Of a DNA stretch of 64,000 bases, positions 63,736 to 64,000 are shown piece by piece. Where the stretch lies: the NCBI GenBank assembly GCA_051294375.1, contig CM119271.1:16558681-16622680 (forward strand). The letters run 5' to 3'. Made by a program: the position numbers and the translations under genes. How positions within the stretch are numbered: position 1 is the first letter of the stretch; each line of letters starts with the position of its first letter. The notes under the pieces are model-generated. The model did no database searches, was not told where the DNA came from, and worked only from the letters and a program-made list of their open reading frames with translations. The stretch is from Paraspadella gotoi (Eukaryota; Animalia; Chaetognatha).

Positions 63736-64000
63736 TTGGCAGCCCCGTCAGCATTCTTGTCACTCCGAATTTTCTGATGACGAAACCTTCAACAATTTGT
63801 TCTGTAGAAACGGATATGCAATCCACAACAATCCACCTCTAACATCTCACATCTCACATCTAACAAAAGACTTTCTCACAGTTTCGTTTATTCACTCCAA
63901 GAGTCGCTGGCTTTCCTATCAATGAAATGGTATAATATTCTAAAGAATCAACTACATTCATTACAATAAACTTCTTTCATCTCCAATAACAAAACGATGG

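Noticed and set aside
63191-63925. 244-aa His/Ser/Thr/Leu-rich protein
   Set aside because: Translation of a 10-11-bp satellite inside a repeat copy; unit lengths are not multiples of three.

Overview
Eukaryotic (probably invertebrate animal) genomic DNA. It is AT-rich, full of (AG)n/(ACG)n/(AAT)n microsatellites and nested non-autonomous transposons, has three N-gaps, and shows long-read-type homopolymer indels. Most ORF-track entries are microsatellite artefacts. Three protein-coding loci are supportable. (1) A minus-strand gene at 17222-13554: three ORF-track entries join through two in-frame GT-AG introns into one ~1153-aa NLR-like protein with an unusual architecture: N-terminal HEPN (RNEYAH), central NACHT NTPase, C-terminal Kelch repeats. 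(2) A plus-strand Ala/Glu/Lys-rich low-complexity gene at 29560-33928, with a ~3 kb (AEKAA)n block that may be an in-frame removable exitron and a perfect RFX X-box over its ATG. (3) The last three exons of a minus-strand EF-hand-like, C1orf87-like gene at 55576-52438. Mobile DNA includes Penelope-type terminal fragments with minimal hammerhead ribozymes in long palindromes with target-site duplications (TSDs), an internally deleted Tc1 element, TA-flanked MITEs, a MITE family with a telomere-like core, a tRNA-Gly-derived SINE-like element, Helentron/DINE-1-like elements, an LTR+PBS remnant, and satellites apparently arising inside TEs. All calls come from reading the sequence by eye; no searches were run.
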